This document shows positions 15,364 to 30,173 of a stretch of 64,000 bases of DNA, one piece after another. Numbering within the stretch: the stretch's first letter is position 1; the number at the start of each line of letters is the position of its first letter. The notes beneath the pieces were generated by a model, which saw only the letters and a program-made list of their open reading frames with translations, made no database searches and was not told the DNA's origin. Both the position numbers and the translations under genes were made by a program. Source of the stretch: the human T2T-CHM13v2.0 reference genome, Homo sapiens; the NCBI RefSeq assembly GCF_009914755.1, contig NC_060925.1; one strand, 5' to 3'.

Positions 15364-18300
15364 CTACAGATCACTTCGAGTAATATGAACATTTTAACAA
15401 TGTTAACTTTTTCAAACCATGAACATATTTTTATATGTGTTTTCTTAAATTTATTTGATTAGTGTTTTAATAGTCTTTAGTATACACGTTTTTCACCTCC
15501 TTAGTTAAATTTACACCTAAGTATTTTATTTTCTTTTTTTGCTGATGTAAGTGGGATTGTTTCCTTAGTTTTCTGCTTGGATAACTCATTATTAGTGTAT
15601 AGAACACTACTTATTTTCATATGTTGATTTTGTGTCCTGCAACTTTACTGAATTTATCAGTTCTAACAAGTTTTTGGTGGACTCTTTAGAATTTTCTTTA
15701 TATGAGATTATATTGTCAGCAAATAGAAACACTTTCATTAATTCCTTTTGTCTTAGGATTCCTTTTATTTCTTTCTCTTGCCTAGTTGCTCTGGTTAGGA
15801 CTTCCAGAACTATGTTGTAAAGAATTGTGAGAGTGGGCCTCCTTCTTTTATTCCTAATCTTAGAGAAAAAGCTTTCAACTTTTCATGATTAAGTACGATG
15901 TTTGCTATAGGTTTGTCAGATATGGCTTTTATTGTTTTGAGGTACATTTCCTTTATACCTATTCTATTGAGAGTTTTTATCATGAAAGGATATTGAGTTT
16001 TGTCATATGCTTTTTCTGCATCTAATGAGTTGATTACATGGTTTTTATTCTTCATTTTATTAGTGGAATGAGTCACATATATTCATTTGTATTTTTTGAA
16101 CCATCCTCGCAGCCCTGGGTAAATCCCATTTGATCAGGGCAGATGATTCGTTTAACATGCGGTTGCATTTGGTTTGCTAGCAGTTTGGTAAGGATTTTTG
16201 CGTTTAGGTTTATCAAAGGCATTGGCCTGCAATTTTCTTTTCTCGGAGTGTCCTTGTCTGGATTTGGTATCAGAGTAATGTTGGTCTTGTAAAATGAGTT
16301 TGAAAGTATTCCTTCTTCTTCAATATTTTGGAAGAGTTTCAGAAGGATTGGTATACAATCTTCTTTAAGAGATTGGTAGAATTTATTTCTAAAGCCACCC
16401 AGTCCTGGGCGTTTCTTTGATAGGAGACTGTTACTGATTTAATCCCTTATTTATTGCTGATTTAATCCCTTTACTCACTATTGGTCTGTTAAGGTTTTCT
16501 ATTCATGAGTCAGTTTTGTTAGGTTCTATGTGTTTAGGAATTTATAAATTTCTTCTAGATATCCAATTATCTGGCCTACAGTTGTTATAATCATTTGTAT
16601 TTCTGTGGCATCAGTTATAATGTGTCCACTTTCATTTCTGATTTTTATTTCTTTGAGCCTTCTTTCTTTTTTTCTTAGTTAGTCTAGCTAAGGTTTGTTG
16701 ATTTTGTTTATCTTTAAAAAAATAATTATTTGTTTCATTAATTTTTTCTACTGTTTTCCTAGGCTCTATTTTATTTATTTCTGCTTGGATCTTTGTCATT
16801 CCTTTCCTTCTCTTAACTTTGGGCTTAGTTTGTTCTTCTTTTTCTAGTTCCTTGAGATGTAACATTACATTGTTTATTTGAGATCTTTTGTCTTTTTGAT
16901 ATAGACATTTATTGTTATTATTTTCCCTCTTAGCACTGCTTTTGCTGCATCCCACAAAATTTGTTTTGTTGTGTTTTCATTTTTGTTTATCTCAAGGCAT
17001 TTTTTGATTTTCTTTTTTTATTTCTTCTGTGACCCATTGGTTTTTAAGAGCATCTTGCTTGATTTTCACATATTTTAAAATTTTATAAGGTTTCTCCTGT
17101 TACAGATTTCTAGTTTGATGTCATTGGTTGGTTGGTATAGTTTTAATCTTCCGAGATTTGTTAAGAATTGTTTTGTGGCCTAACATACAGTCTATTTTAG
17201 AGAATATTCTATGTGCTCCTGAGAAGAAAGTATATTCTGTTGCTGTTTGGTGGAATGTTTTGTATGTGTCTGTTAGTTCTCTTTGGTCTGAGGTGTAATT
17301 CAAGCCTAGTGTTCCCTTATTAACTTTCTGCTTAGATGAGCTGTCTATTGTTGAAAGTAGAGTATTGAGATTTCCTGTTGTTATGGTATTGCAGTCTATC
17401 ATTCCCTTCAGAAAATTTAATAATTGCATTGGTATATATGTGCTCTTATGTTGGGTGCATATATATTTACAATTATATTCTTTTGATGGCTTAGCACTTT
17501 CTATTGCCGTAAAATGACCTACTCTGTCTTTTTTATAGTTTTTGACTTAAAGTATATTTTATATGCTATAAGTATAGCTACCATGCTCTCTTTGTTTCCA
17601 TTTTTATGAAGTATCTTTTCCCATCCCTTCATGTTCAGTCTATGTATGTCCTTAGAAGGAAAGTGAGTCTCTTGTAGGCAGCATATGGTTTGATCTTTAA
17701 AAAAATCTATTGAGCTCCTCTGTCTTTTGATTAGATAACTTAATCCTGTTACAGTCAAGACAATTTTTGATAGTTTAAACTTACTACCATTATTTTCTTA
17801 ATTGTTTTCTGGTTGTTTTCTTGATCTTTTGTTTCTTTCTTAATTTCTTGTTCTCTTCCTTTGTGGCTTATAGTTTTCTGTGGTGGTCTTCTTTGATTTT
17901 TTTTTATATTTTGTTCTACAGGATTTTGCTTTATGGCTACCATGGGGCTTATATAAAACATCCTAAATTTGAAACAGGCTATTTTAAGCTAATAACTTTA
18001 ATTACAAACAGAACTGCACATTAATTCCCTCCTTCCCCTTGTATACTTTTGATATTTACCTAGTTTTATAATTTATATCTCTTAATTATTTATTGTAGCT
18101 ACAGTTATTTTTAATAGTTCTTTTTTTAATCCTCATAGGACAGATAAAATTGTTTTATGCTTCACCCTTACAGTTTTAGAATATTCTGAATATGATTACA
18201 TAGTCATATTACTTATACCATTGAGATATTTACTTTTGTGTTTTTGTTATTAATTAGCAGATTTTCATTTTAGCTTGAAGAACTCCCTTTAGCAATTCCT

Positions 18301-19221
18301 ATGGAGCAGGCCTAGTGATGATGAATTCCCTTAGCTTTTGTTTGTCTGAGAAAGTTTTTATTTCTGCCTAATTTCTGAAGAGCAGACTTTCCAGGTAATG
18401 TATCCTTGGTTAGCACTTTTTTCTTCAGAATTTTGAATATCTCATTCTACTTTCTCATGGCCTGCAGAATTTCTGCCAGGAAAGCTGTTAACAGCTGTAT
18501 TGGGACTGCTTTGAATGTGATGTTTCTTATCTCTTGGTGTTTTTTTTTTGTCTTGCATTTTTGATAATTTTATTCTAGAATTTTTTGATAATTTTATTCT
18601 AGAATTAATGTTTGGGTTGAATTTACTTGGAGACTTATGAGCTTCCTATACCTGAATGCTGTCATCTTTCTTCAGATTTTGAAAATTTTTAGTCATTATT
18701 ACCTTAAATGTGCTTTCTGGGCCTTTGTCTCTCTCTTCTTCTTCTTCAGAAACTCCTATTATGTGGAGGTTAATTCTCTTAATAGTGTCCCATAATTTCT
18801 GTAGGTCTTTTCCATTCTTTTTTCTTTTTACTCCTCTAACTGGATAATTTCAAATATCCTATCTTCAAGTTATTCTTTCTTCCACTTGATCAAGTCTGCT
18901 GTTGAAGCTTTCTATTGAATTTTATAGTTCTGTTATTACATACTTTATCTCTAGGATTTCTATTTTTATTGTTTCTATTTATTTGGCAATCTCCTCATTT
19001 TGTTTTATAAATTGTTTTCCACATTTAATTTAGTTTTTTATCTGTATTTACTTGTAGTCCCCTATAAGTAATACGACTATGTATCATATTCAGAATATTC
19101 TAAAGCTGTAACAGTGAAGTATAAAAAAGCTTTATCTTTCCTGTGAAGATTAAAAAGACACAACTATTAAAAATAACTGTAGGTACAATAAATTATTAAC
19201 GGATACATTTTACAAAACTAG

Positions 19222-19437
<216 letters not shown>

Positions 19438-20845
19438 TAATTGTTCTGAATTCTTCATCAGTCATTTTATAAATCTTCACTTCTTCAGGATCCCTTATTG
19501 GAGATTTATTAATTTCCTTATGATGATGATGTATTTTTTCAGATTTTTCATAATCCTTGTGTCCTTGCATTGGTGCCCAACCATTTGAGGAAATGGCCAA
19601 CTATTCCGCCTTTGTTTGTGTTATTTGGCCATGGTATACCTTCACTATTTGATCAAACCTGGAATTCTGATTAAGCAAGTTGGTGGTGACCTTGAACGGG
19701 AAGACCTTGCTGTCATGCTCTCTAGCTGGGCTGAACTGTTAACTGTACTGGTTGAGTAGAATTTCTGGCTCTGTTCCATGGTCTGGTGAGAGAACTGGCT
19801 GGACTCTGTAATAAGACAGAGCTGCTGGCTGAAATTGCCTCTGATTGAGCAGTATTGTTGGTTGTCTTCCTTAGATGGCCAGTACTACAGTTTTGAATAT
19901 GTAGTTGGGCAAGGCCATGTTTTAGGTGTCAAGGCTGAACAAAGACTCTGAGATTGCTACCTAACCATGCAGGGTGACAGGACCAGAGGCTGTGCTCCAC
20001 AGATACACATGGGCATGGGTTCAGCTCTAATCCTGGGATGACCTAAGGCAGAGCACCATGGCTTGATATATTAGCCACTTGGATGCTGGGCCTGGGTGGA
20101 ACAGATGCTCCTTCTACAGTTAATTGCCACCATGCCCCTGTTTTCTGGCCTTAGGAAGCGTTAAGGAGCACAAAGGGCAGGGCTTGACTGGGTGAAAGCT
20201 TGGCAGCTGGGAATGGTTGGGGCCAGATGTTCTCTTTGCAGGTAATTGCCATTCTACCCTTATCTCCTGGCCTGGGGAAGTTTCAAGGGGAGCACTGGGG
20301 CTGAGTGTGGAAGCTGAGCAGAGATTCAAACCTGGCAGACTAATCAACTGTGCTTCTTGTTGAGCATTGCAAGCCTCTCTGGTGGTGTGCCTCTGCTGGC
20401 CAGAATGCAGAGCAACTATCAAGACCCCTGAACTGGTCACTGTGAGTCTCACCCTGTTCTGAGTTTCTAAATAAACATTGCTAATGTTTCCTGTGGGATA
20501 AGACAAGAGAGTTTCTTCTGCGAAGGATTCCAAAATGGTGGGAAAGCTGAATGTTCATTCTCAACTCTCTCTTCCCTCTGTAAAAGCCATGGGTTCTGGG
20601 AATCCTCTTATGTGTGATGTGCTGGCTTGAGGGAGGGACAGTGTGGTCAAAGTAAAACCTCCTCTTGCTCTACGTGTGTGGTTTTTCTCAGTACTGTGGT
20701 CCAAGGGGATGTCTGTGCCTCACTTCAAGTTCTGAGATATTCACAAGGGTATCCTTGTCTGCTGTTGGTTGCTAGTTGGATTTCTGTGGTGGGACTACTG
20801 GAGTCAGAGAATTCCTATTCTATTATATTTCTAACATCTCCCCTA

Positions 20846-22240
20846 GTATGAACATTTTAGCAACATTCACTTTTCCAGTCTGTGAACATGTAATATCTTT
20901 CTATTTGTGTCTTCATTTTCTTTCCTCAATGTTTTATAGTTTTTAGTATACAGATCTTTCACTTCTTTGGTAAAATTTATTCCTAAGTATTTTTTGGATG
21001 ATATTATAAATGGGATTTTTAACTTCTTTTTTTGGATAGTTGTTATGGTATGTGTAAGTGCTACTGATTTCTGTACGTTGATTTTGTATTAAAGTCTTAA
21101 ACATAAGACCTGAAATTTTAAAACTACTGGAGTAAAACACAGGGGGAAAACTTCTTGACATTAGACCTGGGCAAATATTATTTTTGAATTTTGACCCTAA
21201 AAGTACAGGCAACAAAATAAAAAATAGACAAATGTGGTTGCATCAAAGTAAAAAGCTTCTGCAAAATAAAGCAAACAGTTAATGGAGTGAAGAGACAACA
21301 TACAGTATGTGATAAAATATCTGTGAACTACACATCTGATAAGGAGTTAATATTCAAAATATTTTAGAAACTCAAACAACTCAGTAGCAAGAAAACACAT
21401 AAACCAATCAAAAAAGTGGGCACAGGGAGTTTCCCAAAAGAAGCCATACAAATGGCCTACAGTATATATAAAAATGTGCTCAACATCGCTAATAATCAGG
21501 GAAATGCAAGTTAAAAACACAATATCACCTCACATCTGCTAGAATGGCTATTATCAAAAGACAAGAAATAACAAGTATTGGCAAAGATTTGGAGAAAAGG
21601 GAACCTTTTTACAGTATTAGTGGGAAAGTAAAGTAGTATGGCCATTGTGGAAAACAGTGTGAAGTTTCCTTAAAAAATTAAAAATGAAACTACTATGTGA
21701 TTCAACAATCCCACTACTGGGTATATAGCTAAAGGAAATGAAATCAGTATTTTGAAGAGATATCTGCACTCCCAAATTTATTGCAGCATTGTTTACTACA
21801 GTCAAGATATAGAATCAACCTAAGTGTCCTTTAGTGGGTAAATGGATTAAAAAACATGTTATATAAGTGTAATGGAATACAACTCAGCCTTATATAAAAA
21901 GGGAAGTTTCTAATTTGTGACAACATGTATAAACCTGAAAGATATTATGCTAAGTAAAATAAGCCAGATATAGAAAGACAAATATTCGTGATCTCACTTT
22001 TATGTGGAATCCTAAAAAGTCGAGTGCGTGGAAGTAGAAATGATCATTATCAGGGGTTGGGTTGGGGAGTGGGGAAGAACTGGGGAGATGTTGGTCAAAG
22101 GATACAAAATTTCAATAAGACCGGAGTAATAAATTCAGGAGATTTATTGTACAGCATGATGACTATAACAATGTATTGTATTTTTGAAAATTTCTAAAAG
22201 AGTAGACTTTGAGTGGTCTTATTACAAAAAATGGTAAGTG
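20846..22240. mobile_element. Host L1MA: end of the inverted segment (-, 20846-21088) joined to the sense 3' end (+, 21089-22240)
   Basis: orientation flips at gattttgtatt|aaagtcttaaacataagacctgaaa. Confidence 0.8.
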
Positions 22241-22689
22241 TGTCCAGCTGTCATTCCTGGAGAACACCTGAAAACCATCACCCTTTGGGACCATCAGTGC
22301 AATAGAGGACTGACTTACAAAGGCTGTGGTCTTAGGCTTGAAGTCTTTTTAAACACTTCTGTGATAGTGCTTATTCTGTCAGATCAAATATATTTACTTT
22401 TCTGAGTGATAGTCCATTTAGGCTGTAAGGTGCTCAATGGAAGAAATATGTCCGATACATCTCCATACTACTACTGTTGAAAGAAGTAAAACGAACAGAG
22501 CTTGGAATGAACAAGCAGAGGTGGGCAGGAGGTACAGGGTGGACCAGAGTGGGAAGTACTTCTGCAGTCACGAGGACATCCTGCTTCCATCTTATTAAAT
22601 CTTTAGGCATGTGCCCAGGAAGACACAGGGGTCATCTTATTACACCTTTAGGCACATGCTGAGGCAGCAGGCAACTGGGAAGTGTCTGG

Positions 22690-22838
22690 TGCTGTCACCT
22701 CCCTGGTTGTGAAAACAGCAGCATACTCAGGTTGTGCATCATCGTGTACACTGCACGGGATAAAAGGGCTCCTACCCTGGGCTTCTCATCCACAGCATCC
22801 TTAGGAGCAGCCTTCTTCTCCTACCTCCTCTGCATCTG
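22690..22838 (+). promoter_or_regulatory. LCE3C: LCE3C core promoter (GATAAAAG 22759-22766) and non-coding exon 1
   Basis: homologous to the LCE3D promoter; donor ctg|GTGAGT at 22839. Confidence 0.8.
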
Positions 22839-23260
22839 GTGAGTGGCCAGCAGGGGACAGATCCTCAGCTGGGAGTGTTTGGGAAAGAGAGGCCCAGAAC
22901 TGAAATGGAACCATCAGAAAGAAGCCCACAGTGGGCAGCAGTGGGGGAGGTGATGGAGAATAAGGAGCCTCTAAAGCACATGTCAGGGACCCGTGAGCTG
23001 CAAAACCCGCAGGACCTTAGGATTCCTTCACATTCTTGTTTGGAGCATGTTGTCAGGAATGCACATAGATCCATTTTATATTTTTAAGGTTGCTTTATCC
23101 AAATGCATGTGTAGGGTTCCCTCTACTACATTCCCATTTCTCTCCTACAGATCTTGGCTTAGAAAGTGGCTTCATCAAGGGGGTCAGTGTGTGACAAACC
23201 CAAAAATAAGGAGATGGTCTGAGGGTTCTGTGCTCAAATGTTTCTATTATTCTGTTCAAG
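22839..23260 (+). other. LCE3C: LCE3C intron (GT-AG, 422 bp)
   Basis: GTGAGT donor; acceptor tctgttcaAG 25 nt before the ATG. Confidence 0.72.
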
Positions 23261-23285
23261 GTAAAATTCCTGCATTCCTGCAAAG

Positions 23286-23570
23286 ATGTCCTGCCAGCAA
23301 AACCAGCAGCAGTGCCAGCCCCCTCCCAGTTGTCCCTCACCCAAGTGTCCCCCAAAGAGCCCAGCACAGTGTCTGCCTCCACCCTCTTCTGACTGTGCTC
23401 TAAGCTCCGGGGGCTGTGGCCCCAGTTCTGAAAGTGGCTGCTGCCTGAGCCACCACAGGCACTTCAGGTCCCATCAATGCCGGCGCCAGAGATCCAACTC
23501 CTGTGACAGGGGCAGTGGTCAGCAAGGCGGGGGCTCCTGCCGTGGCCATGGCTCTGGGGGCTGCTGCTGA
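23286..23570 (+). CDS. LCE3C: Late cornified envelope protein 3C (94 aa)
   Basis: [29 protein letters not shown]...[39 protein letters not shown]. Confidence 0.96.
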   Translation: MSCQQNQQQCQPPPSCPSPKCPPKSPAQCLPPPSSDCALSSGGCGPSSESGCCLSHHRHFRSHQCRRQRSNSCDRGSGQQGGGSCRGHGSGGCC

Positions 23571-23823
23571 CCTGGATCCTGATGATGAGACAAGTGATCT
23601 TTGGAGGAAACAAGGATCCCAAAGGCCCAGGAAAAGCTCCATCCTGATGCATGCTTTTCCAGATACCTTGTTCTGGCTTTCACAAGCTGAGCTGGGGGTG
23701 TTCCTGTTGAGTATCCAAGCTGTCCCCAGAAGGTGCTTCCTGTCTGGTGTATAGGATCTCACAGTTCCCTCATCCCTGCCCCTGCCAAGGATTGGCAGTT
23801 CCCTGTGCCTAACCCTGCCAAAA

Positions 23824-23829
23824 AATAAA
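23824..23829 (+). terminator. LCE3C: LCE3C polyadenylation signal
   Basis: AATAAAgctt; 3'UTR homologous to that of LCE3D. Confidence 0.85.
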
Positions 23830-26234
23830 GCTTCTTGTTCTCATTACCACGGTGTCTCACTTGTTAGGAAACTATCCAGGATTTATCCATCCAGGCCAGG
23901 TTCTCCTGTCACCCGAACTCGCAGGACCTTAGAAAGCCAGAGATTTAAGTGTGTTACCCCTGGTAGAGGTGACCCCAGAGAGCTGACCTCATGCTCGGGC
24001 AAGTAACTGGGCTGTGTTCTCCCAGCCAACCCTCTGTCATCACAGGACACCTGCTCAGCCTCAGACCTGTGTAGTTTTTGCTCTGATGACAAACAGAGGA
24101 GCGAGGAATTGGGAGCCCCTCATGGAGGGGAGGAAAGGTTGATGGGCACCATCACCAGGATGGGTATGGAGCCTCCCAAGCCAGGCATCAGGGTTGGGGC
24201 TGTGGAGAAACTCATTTGTGGACATCTGCTGCATTCCATAGGAACAGAAAGGGCCCCCCATTACAGTTCTGGGGTGTTCTGAAACTTCAGAACTTACTCC
24301 TCTGTTGTTGTATCCCAATGACTACAGATTTTACTCCTAAGAAGCAAAAGTGGTCACTCAGCTATATTCAGCCCCACAATCTGGCTACCATGAGAAAGTG
24401 CTTGGTCTATCTCTTTTAAATGTCTCTTTGCAGGACAGAGGCCACTGAAGGGACCCTTAACATTAAGAGTAAAGTGGCCACCCAAGAGTAGTTCAAGGGA
24501 TAATTCCTGAAAATACTTCCAAGACAGAGACAGGGGTCATGTGCTGGAGGCAGGAAAATGCTGCTGAGAATATCAATACCTAAACCTACCCTCTCCCCAG
24601 TCCACATTCAGAGCCACCCTCTTTCCTACGGCCCAGTGCCTTTATGCTCCCACAGGCATCACTATTTCAGTTTGCTAGGGTGGGCTGTCAGGCAGAATAA
24701 GAAGACAAAAATTATAACCCCAATAGTGAACATAATTTAATTTTTGTTGACAATTATAATTTAATTTAAATATGTATAAAGTTTGATTACAGCCTGACTG
24801 ATTTATCTTGAAAAATATCTAGAAAAAGGTACTTATTTTAATATTAGAGATTAATTGAATGAGAAATTTATCTACAATTAAAATGAAATTCGCAGAGAAA
24901 ATAGCATTCAGTTTGCATCAATTCTCCGTACCCAAAATATAGACATGATCAGGTCAGCTCCATTACATGAGATGCACCCAGCACTACCATCAACCTCAAA
25001 AGCAGCAACACATACCAAAGTCATCTTCATCAAGCCCATCCATTATCATGCATGCTTGCAGAACTTCATTTCGAGTCCAAGCAGATGAACGACTCCTCCC
25101 TCTGTGTTTTCATGGTCTTCAAATAAAGAGCACACATTCCCTGGATTTTGATGGAAGGTCATGCCTTTTGTAATGTGCTTACTGTGACTCTTGGCACTCC
25201 AATTGTTGTACTTTCCTTCTCCATATTTGCCCCTCAATCAGGTATTCATTTGGCTCCCCTCCTCTCCTGCCCAGGGGCCTATGTTACCTCCTGGGTACCA
25301 GTGAGGCTCTTTCAAGAGTCCTCATCTCCGCTGACTTTACCCTTCCATCTGTTTTACACACAGCCCATTCTGAATGTCCAGCATCCTTACCTCAGTCACC
25401 ACCCCAACAGCAAGTGCTGATCACATCTGATGCTTGATTTTCCTAAGGGAACATTACAGAAAAAAGTAGATGGGCAAAGAACCATGGACTTCGTGGGTAG
25501 TCATTTACATTGCAGTACTTATCTCATGGAAGCAGTCTCCCTATTTACTTGACTGCCTGTGCAGTTAGACAGTTAATTTCTATAGGTCAGGTGATGTGTC
25601 ATATTGAACTCTACCTTCCACCACAATGCATGGAGCATGACATATTTTAAGCACACATGTAGGCCTGGGTGGAAGGTGTACAAGTGAGGACCAGGGCTTC
25701 CTGTGTCAAACATGCCACCCTGTTCCTGGGAAGACGGTGAAGGCCTGGACCTGGGCTGGGTTGTTTGGTGCTGTCACCTCCCCGAGCAACCCATTCATGC
25801 TGCCCCTCACAATCTAGCAGCTCTGTCTTGGGCTTCCCAGACCATGGACTTCTTTCGAATAAGCTTTCTCTTGCTGCCATGAAACCAGATGGATGTCTAG
25901 CTGGAGACAGGACCTGAGCTGGAAGACCTAGGAAGACAAGCCCGGGTTTCTTCCATCAGGGGAGAAGGAAGCAGAGGGTATGGGATGGAGGAAGCAGGAA
26001 GAGTGTGGGGTTAATGGGCACCCTCCCGGGATGTATCAGGTGTCCTGTGACTGCGAAGGTCATGGGTCTTCAGCACACCCTCATCTTCTTCCTATATATG
26101 TTCTGAGAGATGCACTGATCTCACCAGACATCATCAAGGAAGCTTTACCCAAACAGGTTTATTCTCCTCTGTGATTACATGAAGATAGGACACCTCAGCT
26201 GCTCAATTAGAAAAGACCCAGTATCATTTTGTAG

Positions 26235-26617
<383 letters not shown>

Positions 26618-26723
26618 TCCTCCCTATATTTCTTAGTGCAGAAGTACACCCATCAGAGAAGAGATATTACAAAGATTCATTTGCATTATTGCATTCTCTC
26701 TAGAGTCATTGATGCTTTCTGAG

Positions 26724-26992
26724 ATTTTGTGTCAGCAAAACGCGCAGCAGGGATAGCCTCCAAAGGCTCCCAGAGTTCCCCACCCAGTCTGAGCCCCATG
26801 TCTAGTCTACCTTCAGTCTTCTCCTGCTATGGCTCCAGCTCCAGGGGTTGCTTTAACTCTTAGGGGGCAGCTGCAGCCTGGGCTACCACAGGTGCTATCT
26901 CTTCCACTGGCACAGGCACTAGAGACATGACTGCTGTGAGTTTACCCACTGGCAGCTGCAGCTGTTGCCAGAGCTTTGGGCACTGCTGCTGA
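26724..26992 (+). pseudogene. Unprocessed LCE pseudogene with an LCE2-like C-terminal half
   Basis: ATT TTG TGT CAG CAA AAC GCG CAG CAG GGA TAG CCT CCA AAG = ILCQQNAQQG*PPK; LFHWHRH*RHDCCE; ends GGG CAC TGC TGC TGA cctgg; acceptor at 26702-3; AATAAAgctt at 27228. Confidence 0.88.
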
Positions 26993-28444
26993 CCTGGGCA
27001 GTGCATTGAGATAAGCAGTTTTAGAGGAATCAGAGACCCAAAGTGCCCAGGATTAACCTCAGTCTGATGTACCTGCTCCTAACCTCCTGCCCATGGTCGG
27101 AGCTCCTGAGTTCATCCTGACAAGGGTTGTCAGTGATCTCCAGTGGTCTCCCTGGTGTCCCTCATGGTTGTCTCCACATCCATGTTCTGGTCAGTGCTTA
27201 GCAGCACTTATGTCTCACTCTGTAAAAAATAAAGCTTTCCTTTCTCACCTACGTTTCTATATTGCCCCTCCGAAGGCTGCTCCATTGCTCTCCCATGCCT
27301 TATCTCCCAGACTGAATGCTTCACAGGATGAGAGGAATGAGAGACAACACTTCTCTCTACTCATAGGGAGACCATGAGTTGCTGCTAGGAAGAGGCTACA
27401 GAAGGCCACATGGCTGCAGGGAGGAAAGTTCACCTTATTTCTATATGGAAGATCTGGGTGTTGAGGAGGTAGGAAGGGATCCTTGAAAGCTGAATAGTTG
27501 ATGGGTGCAAGGAGAGAAATGTAGATGGTTGCAGAGGTATACACTGAGAGGAACTTAGAAGAAGTAAGAAAATAAAAACCTGATCATTGCAGGAGTTGTA
27601 AACTGGATATATTCATAGGGTCAATGATTTGTATACTACTCATGATGTGCCAGTGGCTTGACATACAGTAAATAATTTAATCCTCACTGCAGTCCTTCAA
27701 GTTACGTACAACCCTTGTCCCATTTTACAGATGGGAATCATCATGGAATGAGTGTCCAGGGTCTCCCAACAGCTGCCATGCAAACCTTGGCAGTTTTGCT
27801 GAGAAGCCTATGCTCCTGATGACTGTGGTGTTCTAAGTTCTTCTAAAATGTTTTAAGAGATGTGAGTAAACAATGGATTTGTTTTGTAATTATTTTAGTC
27901 CACAGTATTTTGTTGTTTGAATTATACATCACTAAACCACCAAACCATATGAATCACACTTTTAAGGAGTTCGCCTCCCAGAGTTTGGACCCAGAGTGTA
28001 GTATTCAGCTGCACCACAGGATTAAAATCATTATTTTTGATGTGCATTAAAACAACAATTCACTTTCACTACCAATTTTGAGAATGTTAATGAACTGGAG
28101 AAAGACTCAGTAAAAATTCAAGCCTTGGTGCTCATCAGTAAAATACTAGCAATCCAAGGAGGTCTCATAAACTCTGAGCCAAAGTGAAAGAGCAGATCTT
28201 AAGAGTAGTTTAGGGCTAGATACAACAGAGAAATTAATGTATCCAGTAATAGGTGAATATATTAAATTTTAGAAGCTTTTTTTCCAAGCTCTTGGGAAAT
28301 AGGGAAAAGAAAATTACTCCCCTCTTCTGTGTTCATAGACATTCATTTTCTTAACTCATTGGGATGAAAAAGGTACCCAAAGGGATCCTATGAGGAAGTT
28401 GATGTCAGAACTGCTCTGATGAGTTTAGATCGACTGCCCAGCTC

Positions 28445-28568
28445 AATTCCTCTTAGTTGCCATGCCTGGGTTTATTGCCCTTGGATGGATACAGGCTCCA
28501 CATCTTACTCATCCCATCAACCATCCCAGGTGACAGCAGGTGACACCATCTGGATTCATCATTTACTC
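28445..28568 (+). repeat. 124-bp direct duplication, copy 1 (copy 2 at 30050-30173)
   Basis: ungapped manual alignment, 11 mismatches in 124 bp. Confidence 0.92.
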
Positions 28569-30049
28569 TGGCTGGATTCATCATTTACTGATTCAACTAG
28601 CTAAGAAAGATTTGTTTAAGAAGTTACCACAGCTGTAGGACTTATAAAAGCCTATGATACAGACTTTTGATTCACTACGACAACCACTTGCTACTCAAAA
28701 ATTGAGAAACTCTTGAATAAAATCAGCCCAGGCGACATAAAGAATGTTGTGTTATGACTTCTAGACCAAGTCCAACACCCAATCATTCATAATTTATCTG
28801 CTCAACACGTAGTTTTGTGGCACTGGTCTAGGTGTTTAGATCAGTGTGAAACAAGATGAAGTCCCCTTTCAGGCAGCTTATGTTCCAGTGGGCCCATTGG
28901 AGACATCTTCTGGTTTCCTGGCTTGTCAGCAGATTTAGACAAAGATGGTTCTATATTCAGTTGGATTCCCACTCTGGGGCACTTGACAGATGCCGGTAAA
29001 GGGTGGCTAAACCCAGTGAAGGCACCCATCATGGGCAAACTTTTGAAAACTGGATATCATTTTTTGGGTGAATACAAAAAGGACATCCAATGTCTGGTTG
29101 TTTCCACATCAAAGGTAGGAGCTTAGTGAGTCAAGGGGTAGGTGGGTGATTCCAATGGTGAAATGTTTGTTTAAAAGTTGAAAAGTCCTTGTCCCTTCCC
29201 AGTGCCTTTCTCACTTCCCAGTTCTCAGTGAACAACCCCATTCACCCAAGTATCTTGAAAGTGCTTCTGTTTGGTACTTAGCTATAATGTATGGAGCAAA
29301 TAAAAAAAATGGCCACACCTATACCCTTCCCTGTATCAGGATACTCAGACACATTTAATGCAATAATAATGTTTTATTAAAACCTTGTCGTTTTAGGATA
29401 TGTTTGAAACTTACATGTGTATTCCATTTTTACATACTTTTAATATATCATGATTCAGGATAAAATATATATCTATTATTATAATAAATGCATTGGAAAA
29501 ATACTATAGAGTTTAGTGCTCTCTCTACAACCTTGGTCCATGTTGTGTCAGGTGCTCACGGTGATCATATTAACCTCATTATAATCATACCCATCAATTA
29601 TCATTTCTATTTGGACAAATCTCTTTTAGTCATCCCATCCAATTTGAATCACTCTCTTCCCTGGGTCTCTTAGAATCAATAGTACAGTCGCTAAGATCCT
29701 GACACAAGGTTCCTTAAATGTATGTTAATCCATGATGCATATTACCAAAGCCATTGTGGATTTCTTATACTTGTCTCTGAATTTACCTGTGATATCCCTG
29801 GGTCATTTTGCCTCCATGTAAACAGATTTGTTTTGCCTCAGACATCTTTACCTTAATACAGCTATTAGGAGAAGCAGGGAAAGATTAAAACCTAGAAGTT
29901 CCTGTCTCCAAAATGGATGCTCTTAATGAGCAAATTATTCTGCATTCAAGACTGTACATGTCCCCAGTATTCCCCTCAGCCCTGTTCTACCTCGACCTCA
30001 GCATTGTCTCTTTCTCCTGGGCACCTCCTTGATGTTTCTTGGGTCCACA

Positions 30050-30173
30050 AATTTCTCTTAGTTGCCATGCCTCGGTTTACTGCCCTTGGATGGATACAGG
30101 CTCCACTTCTCATTCATCCCATCAACAATCCCAAGTGACAGCAGGTGACACCTTTTGGATTCATCATTTATTC
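30050..30173 (+). repeat. 124-bp direct duplication, copy 2
   Basis: see 28445-28568. Confidence 0.92.
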
